Positions 1 through 12,238 of a DNA stretch of 64,000 nucleotides are shown piece by piece. Under the pieces are notes generated by a model. The model was not told the origin of the DNA. It worked only from the letters and a program-made list of their open reading frames with translations, and made no database searches. The stretch's first letter is position 1; every line of letters starts with the position of its first letter. This DNA is from Malacoraja senta. Lineage: Eukaryota. The stretch spans positions 22,818,001 to 22,882,000 of the forward strand of contig CM075989.1 in NCBI GenBank assembly GCA_038087875.1, given 5' to 3'. The position numbers and the translations under genes were made by a program.

Positions 1-1682
1 ACAAATCTTCAAGAACCTTTTTTACGAGGAAATATTTATCCGTAACTTCATCAACATTCTACTTACGCCATAGCGCATTTTTGGTTTAAGTGTGGGCCAA
101 TCAAAGCAGGAAAAGATTCTCCCACTTTCGTTGTATATACCTCTCAGCTTAATACAGTAGGGCAGCATCGATCGATGAGCACTGTTTCGCACCATCAATG
201 TATCCGTGGGATATTTACACTCAGCCCCCTGAACCACACTGTGGCTGAAAATGATAGAGTTGATGCTTTTATCAATCTGCTCTCATCTTTGTTCGATAGA
301 ATGTGTCCAGAAAGGCAAAAGGCCCCTTTATACCTTGTCAGACGACATCCATGAGAATTAGAAAGAGTAGTTGCAGCGCCTTTAATCTTTCAAGCCTCCC
401 CCACTTTTCAATAAGGCATTGGCTGACGCTACACCTTGTCCACCTACCCACCTGTCTCCATATCACTTGGTCCACTCAGCGTCCAAAGATCTCAATGTTT
501 GAACATCCACAGTTCTTTTCACTCTACCTTGGCGTACGTGACAATAACCATATAACCATATAACCATATAACCATAACAGCACGGAAACAGGCCATCTCG
601 GCCCTTCAAGTCCGTGCCGAACATCAATTCAACTGCGGGCAGTGGGAAGGAGTTGAGTCCCACAAATTAATCACCCTCTCAGTAAAGGGAATTCTCAGTA
701 TTCCAGTGGTGGAGGCAGATACAACAGTGGTGTTTAAGAGGCTTTAGGATAGATGCATGGAAGTGCTAGGAAGAGAGGAATATGGATCATGATGAGGTCA
801 GTTTAACTTGGCATCATGTTCGGCACCAACATAGTGGGCTGAAGTTCCTGTACTGTTCTGTTCAATGGTCCATGTACCATCAAGTCTACTCCACCATTCA
901 ATCATGGCTGATACATCTTGTCCACTCAACCCCATTCTCCTGCCTTCACCCCATATCCCCTGCCACCCGGACTAATCAAGATCTCCACCTTTAAATTACC
1001 CATTGACTTGGCCACCACAGCCGTCTGTGGCAACGAATCCCACAGATTCACCACCCTCTGATTTTGGTCTCTTCACCAAGCCGCGAATGTGATGGAGTGA
1101 AAAATGACGGCGGCTCATTCTCTGGAGAATGCACCTCGTTTAATGCAGGAAAATAGAACAATAGAAAATAGGTGCAGGAGTAGGCCATTCAGCCCTTCGA
1201 GCCAGCACCGCCATTGAATATGATCATGGCTGATCATCTAAAATCAGTACCCCGTTCCTGCTTTCTCCCCATATCCCTTGATTCCTTTAGCCTGAAGAGC
1301 TCTATCTAACTCTCTCTTGAAAACATCCAGTGAATTGGCCTCCTCTGTGGCAAAACATGGGTGTCTCATCAGATGACCAGCCAGCCTCAAAAGACACCCC
1401 AATCGTCCAGTGAGTCAAGAAAGAAGCGCAGACAGGACAAAAAAAATCATAATATTGCAAGACACCCCAAGATGATCCAGATGATATCCGAATGACTTCA
1501 AAATATTGCACATATTGCCATCAAACTTGCTTTGCAAATGTCACTTTTGTTTTTAAACCTTGACTGATCAGATGGACGGTCGTACCCACAGCACATTGGG
1601 AAGTGGACAATCTGAAGTGGGGACTGTTGACGTTGGTCTCAGCCACACGATCAAAGCAGCAACAAGCCGTCCTCTCCACCAG

Positions 1683-1751
1683 CTACGACGAGCCTTTCTT
1701 CTTCCTTACGGCAGCGAGTCCATTGCTTAGTCTCAGCTCTGCCTGTTGTAC
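1683..1751 (-). CDS. MCTP2: MCTP2-like, terminal coding exon (VQQAELRLSNGLAAVRKKKGSS*)
   Basis: Acceptor ttttaacAG, phase 0, 69 nt ending in TAG. In frame with the 4686-4589 exon. Resembles the MCTP2 C-terminus (VQYAELK...RKKR). Not in the ORF track. Confidence 0.88.
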   Translation of the reverse strand, partial: VQQAELRLSNGLAAVRKKKGSS

Positions 1752-1989
1752 CTGTTAAAACAAACAGCACGTCAGGCTCCAGCTAATTCACCCCCACAGA
1801 AAGGACCAGTCTCACCCCGGTCACTCAATAGACAATAGACAATAGGTGCAGGAGTAGGCCATTCGGCCCTTCGAACCAGCACTGCCATTCAATGTGATCA
1901 TGGCTGATCATCCCCAATCAGTATCCCATTCCTGCCTTCTCCCCATATCCCCAGACTCCGCTATTTTTAAGAGCCGGAAGGTCGTTAGT

Positions 1990-2345
1990 GACAGGAGCAG
2001 ATTTAGGCCATTCAGCCCATCAATTCTACTCCGCAATTCAACCATGGCTGATCTATCTCTCCCTCTTAACCCCATTCTCCTGCCTTCTCCCCACAATCCC
2101 TGACACCCGTACTAAACAAGAATCTATCTATCTCTTAAAAATATCCACTGACTCGGCCTATATAGCTTTCTGTGGCAAAGAATTCCACAGATTCACCACC
2201 CTCTGACTAAAGAAATTCCTCCTCATCTCCTTCCTAAAGCAACATCCTTTAATTCTGAGGCTATGACCTCTAGTCCAAGACTCTACTACTAGTGGAAACA
2301 TCCTCTCCACATCCACTCTATCCAAGCCTTTCACTATTCAGTAAG
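1990..2345 (-). mobile_element. CR1 LINE 3' fragment
   Basis: Minus strand encodes the CR1 ORF2 end (F.QRVVNLWNSLPQ) followed by the 3' UTR seen in many other copies here. Confidence 0.8.
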
Positions 2346-2347
2346 TT

Positions 2348-2682
2348 CGCTCCCTCTTCTCCTCTCTCCCATCGGGCAAGATGTACAGAAGTGTGAAAAC
2401 GCACGCCTCCAGATTCAGGGACAGTTTCTTCCCAGCTGTTATCAGGCAACTGATCCATCCTCTCACCAACTAGAGAGTGGACCTGACCTCCCACCTACCT
2501 AATTGGAGACCCTCAGACTAACTTTAATCAGACTTTACTGGACTTTGCACCAATTGTTTTTAACCTCTCTCCAGTATCTGTGCACTGGACGGCTTGATTG
2601 TAACCATGTATAGTCTTTCCACTGACTGGATAGCACGCAATGAAAAAAGCTTTTCACTGTACCTCGGTACATGTGACATTAG
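2348..2682 (+). mobile_element. Rex/Babar-like LINE 3' fragment
   Basis: LFSPLPSG..YRSVK..RFRDSFFP..IR motif and a gtgaca-type 3' end, similar to 57516-58224. Confidence 0.65.
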
Positions 2683-2685
2683 TAA

Positions 2686-2983
2686 AGCCCCTGTCCCACT
2701 TACCCGAGTTACTCATGAATTCTCCCGAGTTTTCCCCTTGATTCAAACTCGGAGAATGTCCGTAGCGAGTCTGTAGACATTTCATAACGGCTCGTAAAGC
2801 CAGCTGTAGGTACTCGGGGCATCAGGTAAGTCCGGGCGTTTTTTCAGCATGTTGAAAAATGTCCACGAGTAAAAAGAATAGCCCCGAGTACCTGCGGCTG
2901 GCTATTACCGCAATTCTCCGAGTTTGAATCAAGGGGCAAACTCTGGAGAATTCGTGGTAACTCGGGAAAGTGGCACAGGGGCT
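2686..2983. mobile_element. PIF/Harbinger-like MITE, complete
   Basis: TIR AGCCCCTGTCCCACTT...AAGTGGCACAGGGGCT with inner inverted arms of about 75 bp. TAA on both sides (2683-2685, 2984-2986). Confidence 0.8.
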
Positions 2984-3769
2984 TAAACCAACCTAAACTA
3001 AACTGTACATGCTTCACGGCACCCATGGAGAGACAGAAGCTCGTAGCTTCAAACACAATGATCAGTTTCAGGATAAGAAGATAGGCCGAGGCAATAATTG
3101 CAGAAAGCAAGGCTTGACTAATGTAGGTTTAAGCTGGGAGGTTGGCTTGATTGGAAAAAGCTGTAACTGGTCATCAGTGTAAAGAAATTGCATGCAGTTC
3201 AGTTCAGTTTCGGTTTAGTTCAGTTTAGTTTATTGTCACGTGTAATGAGGTACAGTGAAAAGCTTTTGTTGCGTGCTATCCAGTCAGCAGAAAGACAATA
3301 CATGATTACAATCGGGCCATTATAGTGTATAGATACAGGATAAGGGAATAACGTTTAGTGCAAGGTGTAGATTGGTTATTGCATTTGAACCAATCATAGT
3401 AGAAATAGCATCACTAACCAACCCCACCTTACTGTATGATTCATACTAACACCCACATCCTATACTGGCCAGTCTTGGAAGCGGTAACGATGAACTAACA
3501 ACTAACAACCTGCTGTACCCCTATACTATGGGTACTGATTAAAGATGATCTTGAACTCCAGATTGTACAGTTTGTTAATTTACACAAGGTAAAACCAGTA
3601 AAGTCTGATCATGGATAGTCCGAGGGTCACCAATGAGGTAGATAGTAGTTCAGTACTGCTCTCTGCAAACCCAACACATGTGAAGCACCTGGCTGCTCAT
3701 CTTCACCTTTTCTCAATCTGTGTCATTTATTTTTCAGTTTCACTGACATCAATATTGTAACTCCTCAAA

Positions 3770-4111
3770 AAGACACAGAGTGCTGGAGTAACTCAGCGGG
3801 TCAGGCAGCATCTGTGGAGAACATGGATAGGTGATGTTTCACAGAGTGCTGGAGTAACTCAGCGGGTCAGGCAGCATCTGTGGAGCGAAGGAAATGGGCA
3901 ACCTTTCGGGCCGAAACCCTGAAGGAAATAGGCAACGTTTCGGGCCGAAACCCGGAAGGGTTTCGGGCCGAAACGTTGCCTATTTCCTTCGCTCCATAGA
4001 TGCTGCCGGAACATGGATAGGTGATGTTTCACAGAATGCTGGAGTAACTCAGTGGGTCAGGCAGCATCTGTGGAGAACATGGATAGGTGACGTTTTGGGT
4101 CGAGGCCATTC
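3770..4111 (-). mobile_element. Cluster of Penelope-like terminal fragments (tandem and inverted)
   Basis: Three tandem tgctggagtaactcag units plus an inner inverted piece. Flanked by a 15-bp direct repeat ttgtaactcctcaaa (3755-3769, 4112-4126). Confidence 0.7.
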
Positions 4112-4126
4112 TTGTAACTCCTCAAA

Positions 4127-4425
4127 TTTAGTTTAGTTTAGAGATACAGCATGGACAAAGGCTCTTCTGCCCACCGAGTCTGCACCCACATGCAATCACC
4201 GTACGCGAGTTCTATCCTATTCTACACACTAAGGGCGATTTACAGAAGCCAATTAACCTACAAACCTGCACGTCTTTGGAATGTGGTTGGAAACCGGAGC
4301 ACCCGGAGAAAGCCCACGCGGTCACGGAGAGGAGGTACAAACTCCGTACAGACAGCACCCGTAGTCGGGATCGAACACGGGTCTCTGGCGCTGTGAGGGA
4401 GCAACTCTACCGCTGCGTCGCCGAG
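4127..4425 (-). mobile_element. tRNA-derived V-SINE (HE1-like)
   Basis: tRNA-like head with A/B boxes, V-domain core and (CTAAA)n tail, all on the minus strand. Confidence 0.85.
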
Positions 4426-4588
4426 CGGCCCTCTCGTGTCCTTCAGGACAAGAGCGTGCGCCTCTTACCCTCCCCGCATCAAAGCATTCGCCAGCCAATA
4501 AAGCCCTTCTGTGAAAGACAGCCGGAGGGGCAGCCTTGCCCAGAAAATACAACGGAATACAAATGTAATCTATAATATAATCTCCCAC

Positions 4589-4686
4589 CTTTTGGACATC
4601 TGACGGCACTCTGGACAGGAAGTCAAGGAGCTCATTATTATCGATGGCGTATGGATTTCTTAGCTTCTTAGTGAATTTGTGTATGC
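4589..4686 (-). CDS. MCTP2: MCTP2-like exon ([33 protein letters not shown])
   Basis: Acceptor ttgacAG, donor GTggga, 98 nt. Nearly identical to the conserved MCTP motif [29 protein letters not shown] and VQK favour MCTP2 over MCTP1. Confidence 0.95.
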
Positions 4687-5204
4687 CTGTCAACAGAATT
4701 TAATTTAGAAATATATAATTCATTGAGACAGAAGGAACAGTTTTGCAAGTGAAAATTACTGAGAAAACAATTAGAATGCGGCAGCCACACATGTGCGCCC
4801 GGCTTCATGTCCCAACCTTATTACCACGCTCTGTTCTGTCATCTGGGTTCATTAACAAATACCCTCCCTTTATATCAAAATCTCATCTTCTCCGATCGCA
4901 AAATCCATTACTGGAGCAGCAGCAGGCGACACCTCACCTCTTCCTGCGAGCTAAGATTAGTGCTTAGTCTCCACGAGTCACTTGTGCCACAGACTCCAGG
5001 CTACGTCACAATACTCCAGCGAGCCCAAGCCTCCTCATGACCCCAGCATGTTCAGTCCTGCTGCCTTCACGGGGAGACAAACGCAAGAGGCTTTCCTTTC
5101 ATACGAGGGGACTTCTGTTGATTGCCTCCCGTATTATTAGGTTCGGCAATGAGCGAGTCCCGACAAGCTGGGACGTCGCGAGCACCAAGTAGGTGCTCAA
5201 ACCA

Positions 5205-5582
5205 CTCTGTTGTTTGTTCAAAGCTTCCCAATCCTCCGGCTTCCCACTAATCTTTGCTGTGTTATACGCCTTCTCTTTTAGTTTGATATACTGTCCTTGA
5301 CTCCCCTTGTCAGCCACAGTCGCCCCTTACTCCCCCCCGGAATCTTTCTTCCTCTTTGGAATGAAAAGATCCCGCATCTTCCGGATTATTCCCAGAAATT
5401 CCTGCCATTGCTGTTCCACCGTCTCCCCTGCTAGGGTCCCTTTCCAGTCAACTCTGGCCAGCTCCTCCCTCATGCCTCTGTAGTCCCCTTTGACCAGCTG
5501 CAATACCGACACATCCGATATCACCTCCACCCTCTCAAATTGCAGATTAAAACTGATCATATCGTGGTCGCTACCTCCTAAA
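5205..5582 (-). mobile_element. CR1 LINE internal ORF2 fragment (end of endonuclease plus linker)
   Basis: HLGGSDHDMISF...KGDYRGMREELARVDW...TVEQQWQEF...IP, typical of CR1 ORF2. Frameshifted. Confidence 0.8.
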
Positions 5583-6248
5583 TGTTTGCTGAGTCCTGAC
5601 AAACTAGTGAGTCGGGAGCACCAAACAGCACAGAGGTAAGCAGGCTTACACACAAGCCAGTCTCATCGGGCTCTCCTAAGTTCATACGTTGTACCTCGGC
5701 TAAAATCTACATCTACAGTCGATCTACATCTACCTAAAAGACATTTATACAGGTCCTTGGATAGGAAAGGTTTCATATGTTCATAAGTCATAGGAGAAGA
5801 ATTTTGGCCATTCGGCCCATCAAGTCTACTCCGCCATTCAATCATGGTTGGTCTATCTTTCCCTCTCAACCCCATTCTCCCCATAACCCCTGACACCCGT
5901 ACTAATCAAGAACCTAGCAATCTCCACCTTAAAAATATCCATCGACTTGGCCTCCCCAGACGCCTACTTGCCTTCTCCCAGCGAGGGACGAGGGGAGACC
6001 GAGGGAGAAGTAATGTCTAGAGACATTGCAATATGAAAATACCTAGAATGTAGAACAGTCCAACATTGGGGCAGGCCCTTCAGCCCACAAGATAGACACA
6101 AAGTGCTGGAGTAACTCAGTGGGTCAGGCAGCATCTCGAGAGAAAAAGGATGGGTGATGTTTAGGGTCGGAACCCTTCTTTAGACCCGACACGAAATGTC
6201 CCCCATCGTTTTTCTCCAGAGAAGCTGCCTGACCCGCTCAGTTACTAC

Positions 6249-6640
6249 GAGGGTTGCCAACTTTCTCACTCCCATATAAGGGACAAAAGGTCAAAATAAG
6301 GGACAGCTCCCCGACGGCAATTCGTTGACCGACTCGGCCGTGGCTGGGTGAATGATGAGTTGGCCCGGGTGCTGGACTGTACACAAAGCCCAACTGGCGG
6401 GGCAGCTGAGGAGTTTTGGCCCGGGCCGCGCGAAGTCGTCCGCAAAGTCCGGCACCCCATCCAACTCATGAACCGATGATCGGCCATGAGAAGGAGAGGT
6501 GGTGGTGGTGTCGGCACTAAGCGAAGGTCCGAAGGTCAGGCAGCTGGCCGGGCTGCCGACCGACGGGGCCACGGGCGAGGCGCTGCTGCTGCTGCACTAC
6601 GTCGGGACGGGTGAGGCGGGGCTGGACGCGGAGCTCCGAC
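6249..6640 (+). mobile_element. GC-rich putative hAT-type element, one end only
   Basis: Starts AGGGTTGCCAAC (hAT-like terminus) with a repeated subterminal ataagggaca motif. No second TIR found. Confidence 0.45.
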
Positions 6641-6769
6641 CTGTCTACCCTATCTGTGCCTCTCACAATTTTATAAACTTCCATCAGGCATATCAATGTA
6701 GCTCAGGGCCTGACAGACATTGACGCAGAGACAATAACCTGGCTGCCCAACACCCGGCTTGAGATCTAA

Positions 6770-6999
6770 AGGGCCTGTCCCACTTGGACGTCATTACCAA
6801 GTAATTTACGCGTCATCATTTACGCGTCACGACGCACGTCGCGCACGTTGTGCCGCGCACCTGATGCGTGCATGGTGCGCATTACGCGGGCATGGTGCGT
6901 GGTGACGTAGGCAGTGACCGCCCCAGGATTTTGGTATGTACAAAATCTTCGCGCACCATCTGCGTGACGCGCAAATGACACCCAAGTGGGACAGGCCCT
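6770..6999. mobile_element. PIF/Harbinger-like MITE, complete (230 bp)
   Basis: Perfect TIR AGGGCCTGTCCCACTTGG/CCAAGTGGGACAGGCCCT. TAA TSD at 6767-6769 and 7000-7002. CpG-rich interior. Confidence 0.85.
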
Positions 7000-7485
7000 T
7001 AACTATTCCTTTGGTTTATGTTTCATTCGCAAGAAGAAGAAGAAGAACATATCAATACACATCTAAAATATAACACCATGTGAGGTACAATATTGTACAA
7101 TATCCTCAGCGGCCCCACACTGCCAGAGCTGTTGGATAAAAGCAAGTTGTTTGTTTTCCACACACCTCAATAACCTCGATTGTTAATGGGCCAGGAGTTT
7201 ATTTCAAGCATGATCGCAGCATATAAAGGCCTTTGGAAGAGTTTCAAGTTTCAGCTGTATATAAATTTGCACCAATGATCCCAGGTTTTCTATTTTAACA
7301 TTTCGTTCACCTCAACCCATTACTTCATTAATCTGCGGAAGGTATGAAAGACTCCATCTGTTTGAACGGTTTCAAACGCGGGGCCTACCAGAGTTCAGGC
7401 TGAGCAACACTGCTCCTTTGTGTCTGTGTCAGGCTGAGGAATCCCTCACTACAGCAGTGACCCTGCCCGTCTGTGTAACAACAAG

Positions 7486-7793
7486 GGCTGAATGGTGGCG
7501 CAGCGGTAGAGTCGCTGCCTTACAGCGCCGGAGACCCGGGTTCGATCCTGACTACGGGCGCTATCTGTACGGAGTTTGTACGTTCTCCAAGTGACCTGCG
7601 TGGGTTTTCTCCGAGACCTTCGGTTTCCTCCCACACTCCAAAGACGTGCAGGTTTGCAGGTTACTTGGCTAGTTATAAATGTTAAATTGTCCCTAGTGTA
7701 GGATAGTGTTAATGTGCGGGGATCGCAGGTCGATGCGGGCCTGGTGGCTTGAAGGGCCTGGTTCCGCGCTGTATCTCTAAACTATGAACTAAA
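7486..7793 (+). mobile_element. V-SINE (HE1-like)
   Basis: A box TGGCGCAGCGG, B box GGTTCGATCC, V-domain, tail ctgtatctctaaacta. Confidence 0.85.
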
Positions 7794-8864
7794 CAAAATG
7801 ATTGCAGTTGAAAGGTTTTCCCTGTATATGTGCACTATATTGTATGCAACATCACATTCCTGCGATGTGCAGGATCATTACTTTCTGCACTTGTAGTTCG
7901 AACCAAACCTCTCTCATCCACTGCATCTCGCTGGAATGCTAGATTACAAAAAACAAACAATTCTGGACTGAAATAATAGGGAACACTTTACTATATTGAA
8001 AGAGAACTCTTCCTCCTGACTAACTGAGAATGGCACGGTGGCGCAGCGGTGGAGTTGCTGCCTTACAGCGCCAGAGACCCGGGTTCGATCCTGACTACGG
8101 GAGCCGTCTGTACGGAGTTTGTACGTTCTCCCCGTGACCAGCCTTGATCGTATTGAATGGCGGTGCTGGCTCGTAGGGCCGAATGGCCTCCTCCTGCACC
8201 TATTTTCTATGGTGCTGATTTTCAGCAGAGTGCGAGTTCAGTTTAGTTTAGTTTAGAGATGCGGCAAAGAAACAGGCCCTTCGGCCCACCAAGCCCATGC
8301 CGACCAGCGATCGACCCCATACACTAACACTATCCTACACATTAGGGACAATATTATTTTTTTTTAAACCAATTTTCTATGCTTCTAAGTTTCATAATTC
8401 ACACATCCTCTCTACTTATTTACCTCACTAATGTTACGAAGGTACAGAAGTCTGAAAATTGTAACGATCAGGTTCAAGAACAGCTTCTTTGCAGCAAGCA
8501 TCAGGCTGTTGAACACTACACAACACTAACCTCATCAACCACGAACTGCGGACTGTGTCTTTGGCTGCACTATGAACTTCGGGGGGGGGGGGGGTTTGCG
8601 TCAGTATTGTGGTTATTAATTAATTAAAATGTTTTTGATTATTTTCTTTCTATGAGTGTAGTGCGATGACAGCCCATTTAGCAGCATGTACGAATGTCAT
8701 TGTTTTGTTGTCATTATGGACTCTCTCAACTTGAACTACAGAGCATGCACATCCACGACACAAAGGTTTGGCGAGCTTCAGTTAATCGCCCCCGTTTCCC
8801 CTCCTTCAGCTTTGCCGCCCATTTATTACCCTGGCCGCTGCTTTGAGATTACAAATCAGATGAG

Positions 8865-8868
<4 letters not shown>

Positions 8869-8902
<34 letters not shown>
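8869..8902. repeat. (AT)n microsatellite immediately downstream of an exon donor
   Basis: Read directly from the sequence. Confidence 0.95.
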
Positions 8903-8904
<2 letters not shown>

Positions 8905-8908
8905 TTAC

Positions 8909-9018
8909 CCCAAATCAGCAGGAGATACCGCAGTGGGACCAAGTACAAGACGACTGTACAGACAGCGAGGATGGTGCAGCCCAACTTGCCCAGAAATGGC
9001 ACGGTCCAGTTGAAAACG
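8909..9018 (-). CDS. MCTP2: MCTP2-like exon, second membrane segment ([38 protein letters not shown])
   Basis: Acceptor ttctcctAG, donor GTaaga, 110 nt. FNWTVPFL and PLRY..LIWG motifs present. Phases match both neighbouring exons. Confidence 0.95.
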
Positions 9019-9089
9019 CTAGGAGAACAAACAAGTAGAAAGAGCACCATTAACATTACAATTACGTCAGAGGCGTGATCATTGGTGTG

Positions 9090-9674
9090 ACTTGTACAGA
9101 GCCCTAGTGAGACCACACCTGGAGTATTGTGTGCAGTTTTGGTCCCCTAATTTGAGGAAGGACATTCCTGCTATTGAGGGAGTGCAGCGTAGGTTTACAA
9201 GGTTAATTCCCGGGATGGCGGGACTGTCATATGCTGAGAGAATGGAGCAGCTGGGCTCGTACACTCTGGAGTTTAGAAGGATGAGAGGGCATCTCATTGA
9301 AACATATAAGATTGTTAAGGGTTTGGACACGCTGGAGGCAGGAAACATGTTCCCGATGTTGGGGGAGTCCAGAACCAGGGGCCACAGTTTAAGAATAAGG
9401 AGTAAGCCATTTAGAACGGAGACGAGGAAACACTTTTTCTCACAGAGAGTGGTGAGTCTGTGGAATTCTCTGCCTCAGAGGGCGGTGGAGGCAGGTTCTC
9501 TGGATGCTTTCAAGAGAGAGCTAGATAGGGCTCTTAAAAATAGCGGAGTCAGGGGATATGGGGAGAAGGCAGGAACGGGGTACTGATTGGGGATGATCAG
9601 CCATGATCACATTGAATGGCGGTGCTGGCTCGAAGGGCCAAATGGCCTACTCCTGCACCTATTGTCTATTGTCT
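9090..9674 (+). mobile_element. CR1 LINE, 5'-truncated
   Basis: ORF 9092-9586 [19 protein letters not shown]...GYGEKAG, 3' UTR and (CTATTGT)n tail. Confidence 0.92.
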
Positions 9675-10754
9675 CTTGATGCTTCCAAGATGGTGCCCAA
9701 CCCAGGCCACTATTTTCTGTGGTAGCCACAGAAGCAGATCCACAAACGCATATTACAATTGCTCCACATTCTTGAACCTCTATTCCTATACACTGTAAAT
9801 ACACTGTAAATGGATCGGATTGTAGTAGACACAAAAAGCTGGAGTAACTCAGCGGGACAGGCAGCATCTCTGGAGAGAAGGAATGGGCGACGTTTCTGGT
9901 CGTGACCCTGTAATCATGTATTGTCTTTCCACTGACTGGTTAGCACGCGACAAAAGCTCGCCCCTGTACCTCGGTACACGTGACAATAAACTAAACTAAA
10001 CTAAAGAAAGAGTTAGATTTAGCTCTTAGGGCTAAAGGAATCAGGGGATATGGAGAAAAAGCAGGAACGGTGTACTGATTTTAGATGATCAGTCATGATC
10101 AAATTGAATGGCTCGAAGGGCCGAATGGCCTACTCCTGCACCTATTTTTCTATGTTTCAATAAACTGAACTGAATGTAAAATTGTAATGACCAAGTGTCA
10201 GGGTTTATGGGGAGAAGGCAGGAGAATGGGGTTAGGAGGGAGAGATAGATCGGATAGAATGGCGGAGTAGACATGATGGGCCGAATGGCCTAATTCGGCT
10301 CCTATCACTTATAAACTAATGAACTTATGAACATTCAACAGTACAGCACAGGAACAGGCCCTTTGGCCCATAATGTTTGTGCCAGATTATCTTTAATAGG
10401 ACTTTATCTTGCACTATACATCATTCCCTTTATCTTGTATCTGTACATTGTGGACAACTCGATTGTAACCACATATAGTCATTTCGCTGATTGGATAGCA
10501 CGCAACAAAATAAGCTCTACCTCGGTACACGTGACAATAAACCAAACTAAACCAATCTCGTCTGCCTGTACATCATCCATATCCCTTTATTCCCAGTACT
10601 TCCATGTGCCTATCCAAAACGCCACTATAGTATCTGCCTCCAACACCACTCCTGGCAGTGAATTCCAGGCCCCCACGATTCTGTGTAAAACAAACTTGCC
10701 CCATACATCGACATTAAACTTTCCCCCTCTCACCTTAGAGCTATGCCCTCTAGT

Positions 10755-11130
10755 GAGAGGCATCATGAGAAGAATAACTCGGGTAGATGCACAGAGCCTC
10801 TTGCACAGAGTCAGAGTAGGTGAATCGAGGACCAGAGGACATAGATTTAAGGTGAAGGGGAAATTATTTAATAGGAATCTGAGGAGTAACCTTTTCACAC
10901 AAAGGGTAGTGGGTGCATGGAACGAGCTGCCTGAGGAGGTAGTTGAGGCTGGGACTATCCCAACCTTCAAGAAACAGTTAGACAGGTACATGGACAGGAC
11001 AGGTTTGGAGGGATACGGACCAAACGCAGGCAGGTGGGACGAGTGTGGCTGGGACATGTTGGCCAGTATGGGCAAGTTGGGCCGAAGAGCCTGTTCCCAC
11101 ACTGTGTCACTCTGAGTCTCTATGATTCTA
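10755..11130 (+). mobile_element. CR1 3' fragment inserted in opposite orientation into another CR1 fragment (about 10335-11155)
   Basis: ESRTRGHRFKVKG...QRVVGAWNELP on the plus strand. The flanks read as CR1 on the minus strand. Confidence 0.75.
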
Positions 11131-11875
11131 GGGTTGGACATTTCCATCCTGGGACTGTGATGATAATCTACAACAATGAAAGATTCTAGTGCTTTGAGCT
11201 CCAGGATATTTGTTTACTGTCATCTTCCTGTTGACTCCAACTAACAACAGCTACAATTTTGCTAAAGTGGATATTCCATGCAAAAAAATAAAAGCACCAT
11301 TTTAGGGAAAAATCTATCATTTTAGGGAAAAACTTGAATCAAATCGGAATGCATAAAGATTATAAAAACACATCTCCTCCACTCTTTTCCCCAAATGAAG
11401 TGACTTCACATATTTATTGATTTGTAAGCTTGATTATGACAAGGATTGAATGCATTTCCATTCAAGGAACACTCCAAGGAGAAGATGATCATGATGTAAT
11501 TTAGACCTTTACCGACAAACTCACAGAATTTCCGACTAAAATTATATTGTTTGTGTTTGCATCTGATGCTAATTAACTCAGTAACTATTGATACTGCTGC
11601 CCTGCTTTCCCTGCTATTCTGATTTATTAAGACATAAGATCATAAAATGTTAAGTATAAGCTTGTTCTTACAGCAGTTTCTCCAATACAATATTCATGCA
11701 AACTTTGTGATTGCAGCCTCACAATATATTCTAGTTCTGATAACGCAGGTCTGTACTGTTCTTGTCAAATATACTTTAAATTATCCATGACAAATGTCAT
11801 TGCAATGGGTCTCGTGTTGAATGCAAGAAACTGCACCTGCAACTTCTGGGTTGGCGTATATATAATAAAGGATAA

Positions 11876-12238
11876 TATATATTTATATATACACGTACAT
11901 ACACATACACACATATATATATACATACACATATATATACACATATATATACACACACATATATACACACACATATATACACACACATATATACACACAT
12001 ATATACACACACATATATACACACACATATATACACACACATAAATACACACACATATATACACACATATATACACACACCTATACACACACATATATAC
12101 ACACACATATATACATACATATATACACACATATATACACACATATATACATACACATATACACACACATATACATACACACACACATATATATATACAG
12201 TATACATACACACACACACATATATGCATACACGCACA
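11876..12238. repeat. Compound (TA)/(CA) microsatellite, about 360 bp
   Basis: Read directly from the sequence. It produces the spurious VCIY/HTHI ORFs. Confidence 0.95.

Noticed and set aside
6249..6999. CpG-rich stretch as a CpG-island promoter
   Set aside because: The CpG density is explained by two transposon-derived segments. No first exon or other promoter evidence.
8031..8110. tRNA genes (here and at about 40 similar sites)
   Set aside because: A and B boxes are present but run straight into the SINE V-domain. They are SINE heads, not tRNA genes.
10327..11115. 262-aa ORF as a host gene
   Set aside because: It is a chance read-through across several nested LINE fragments in both orientations.
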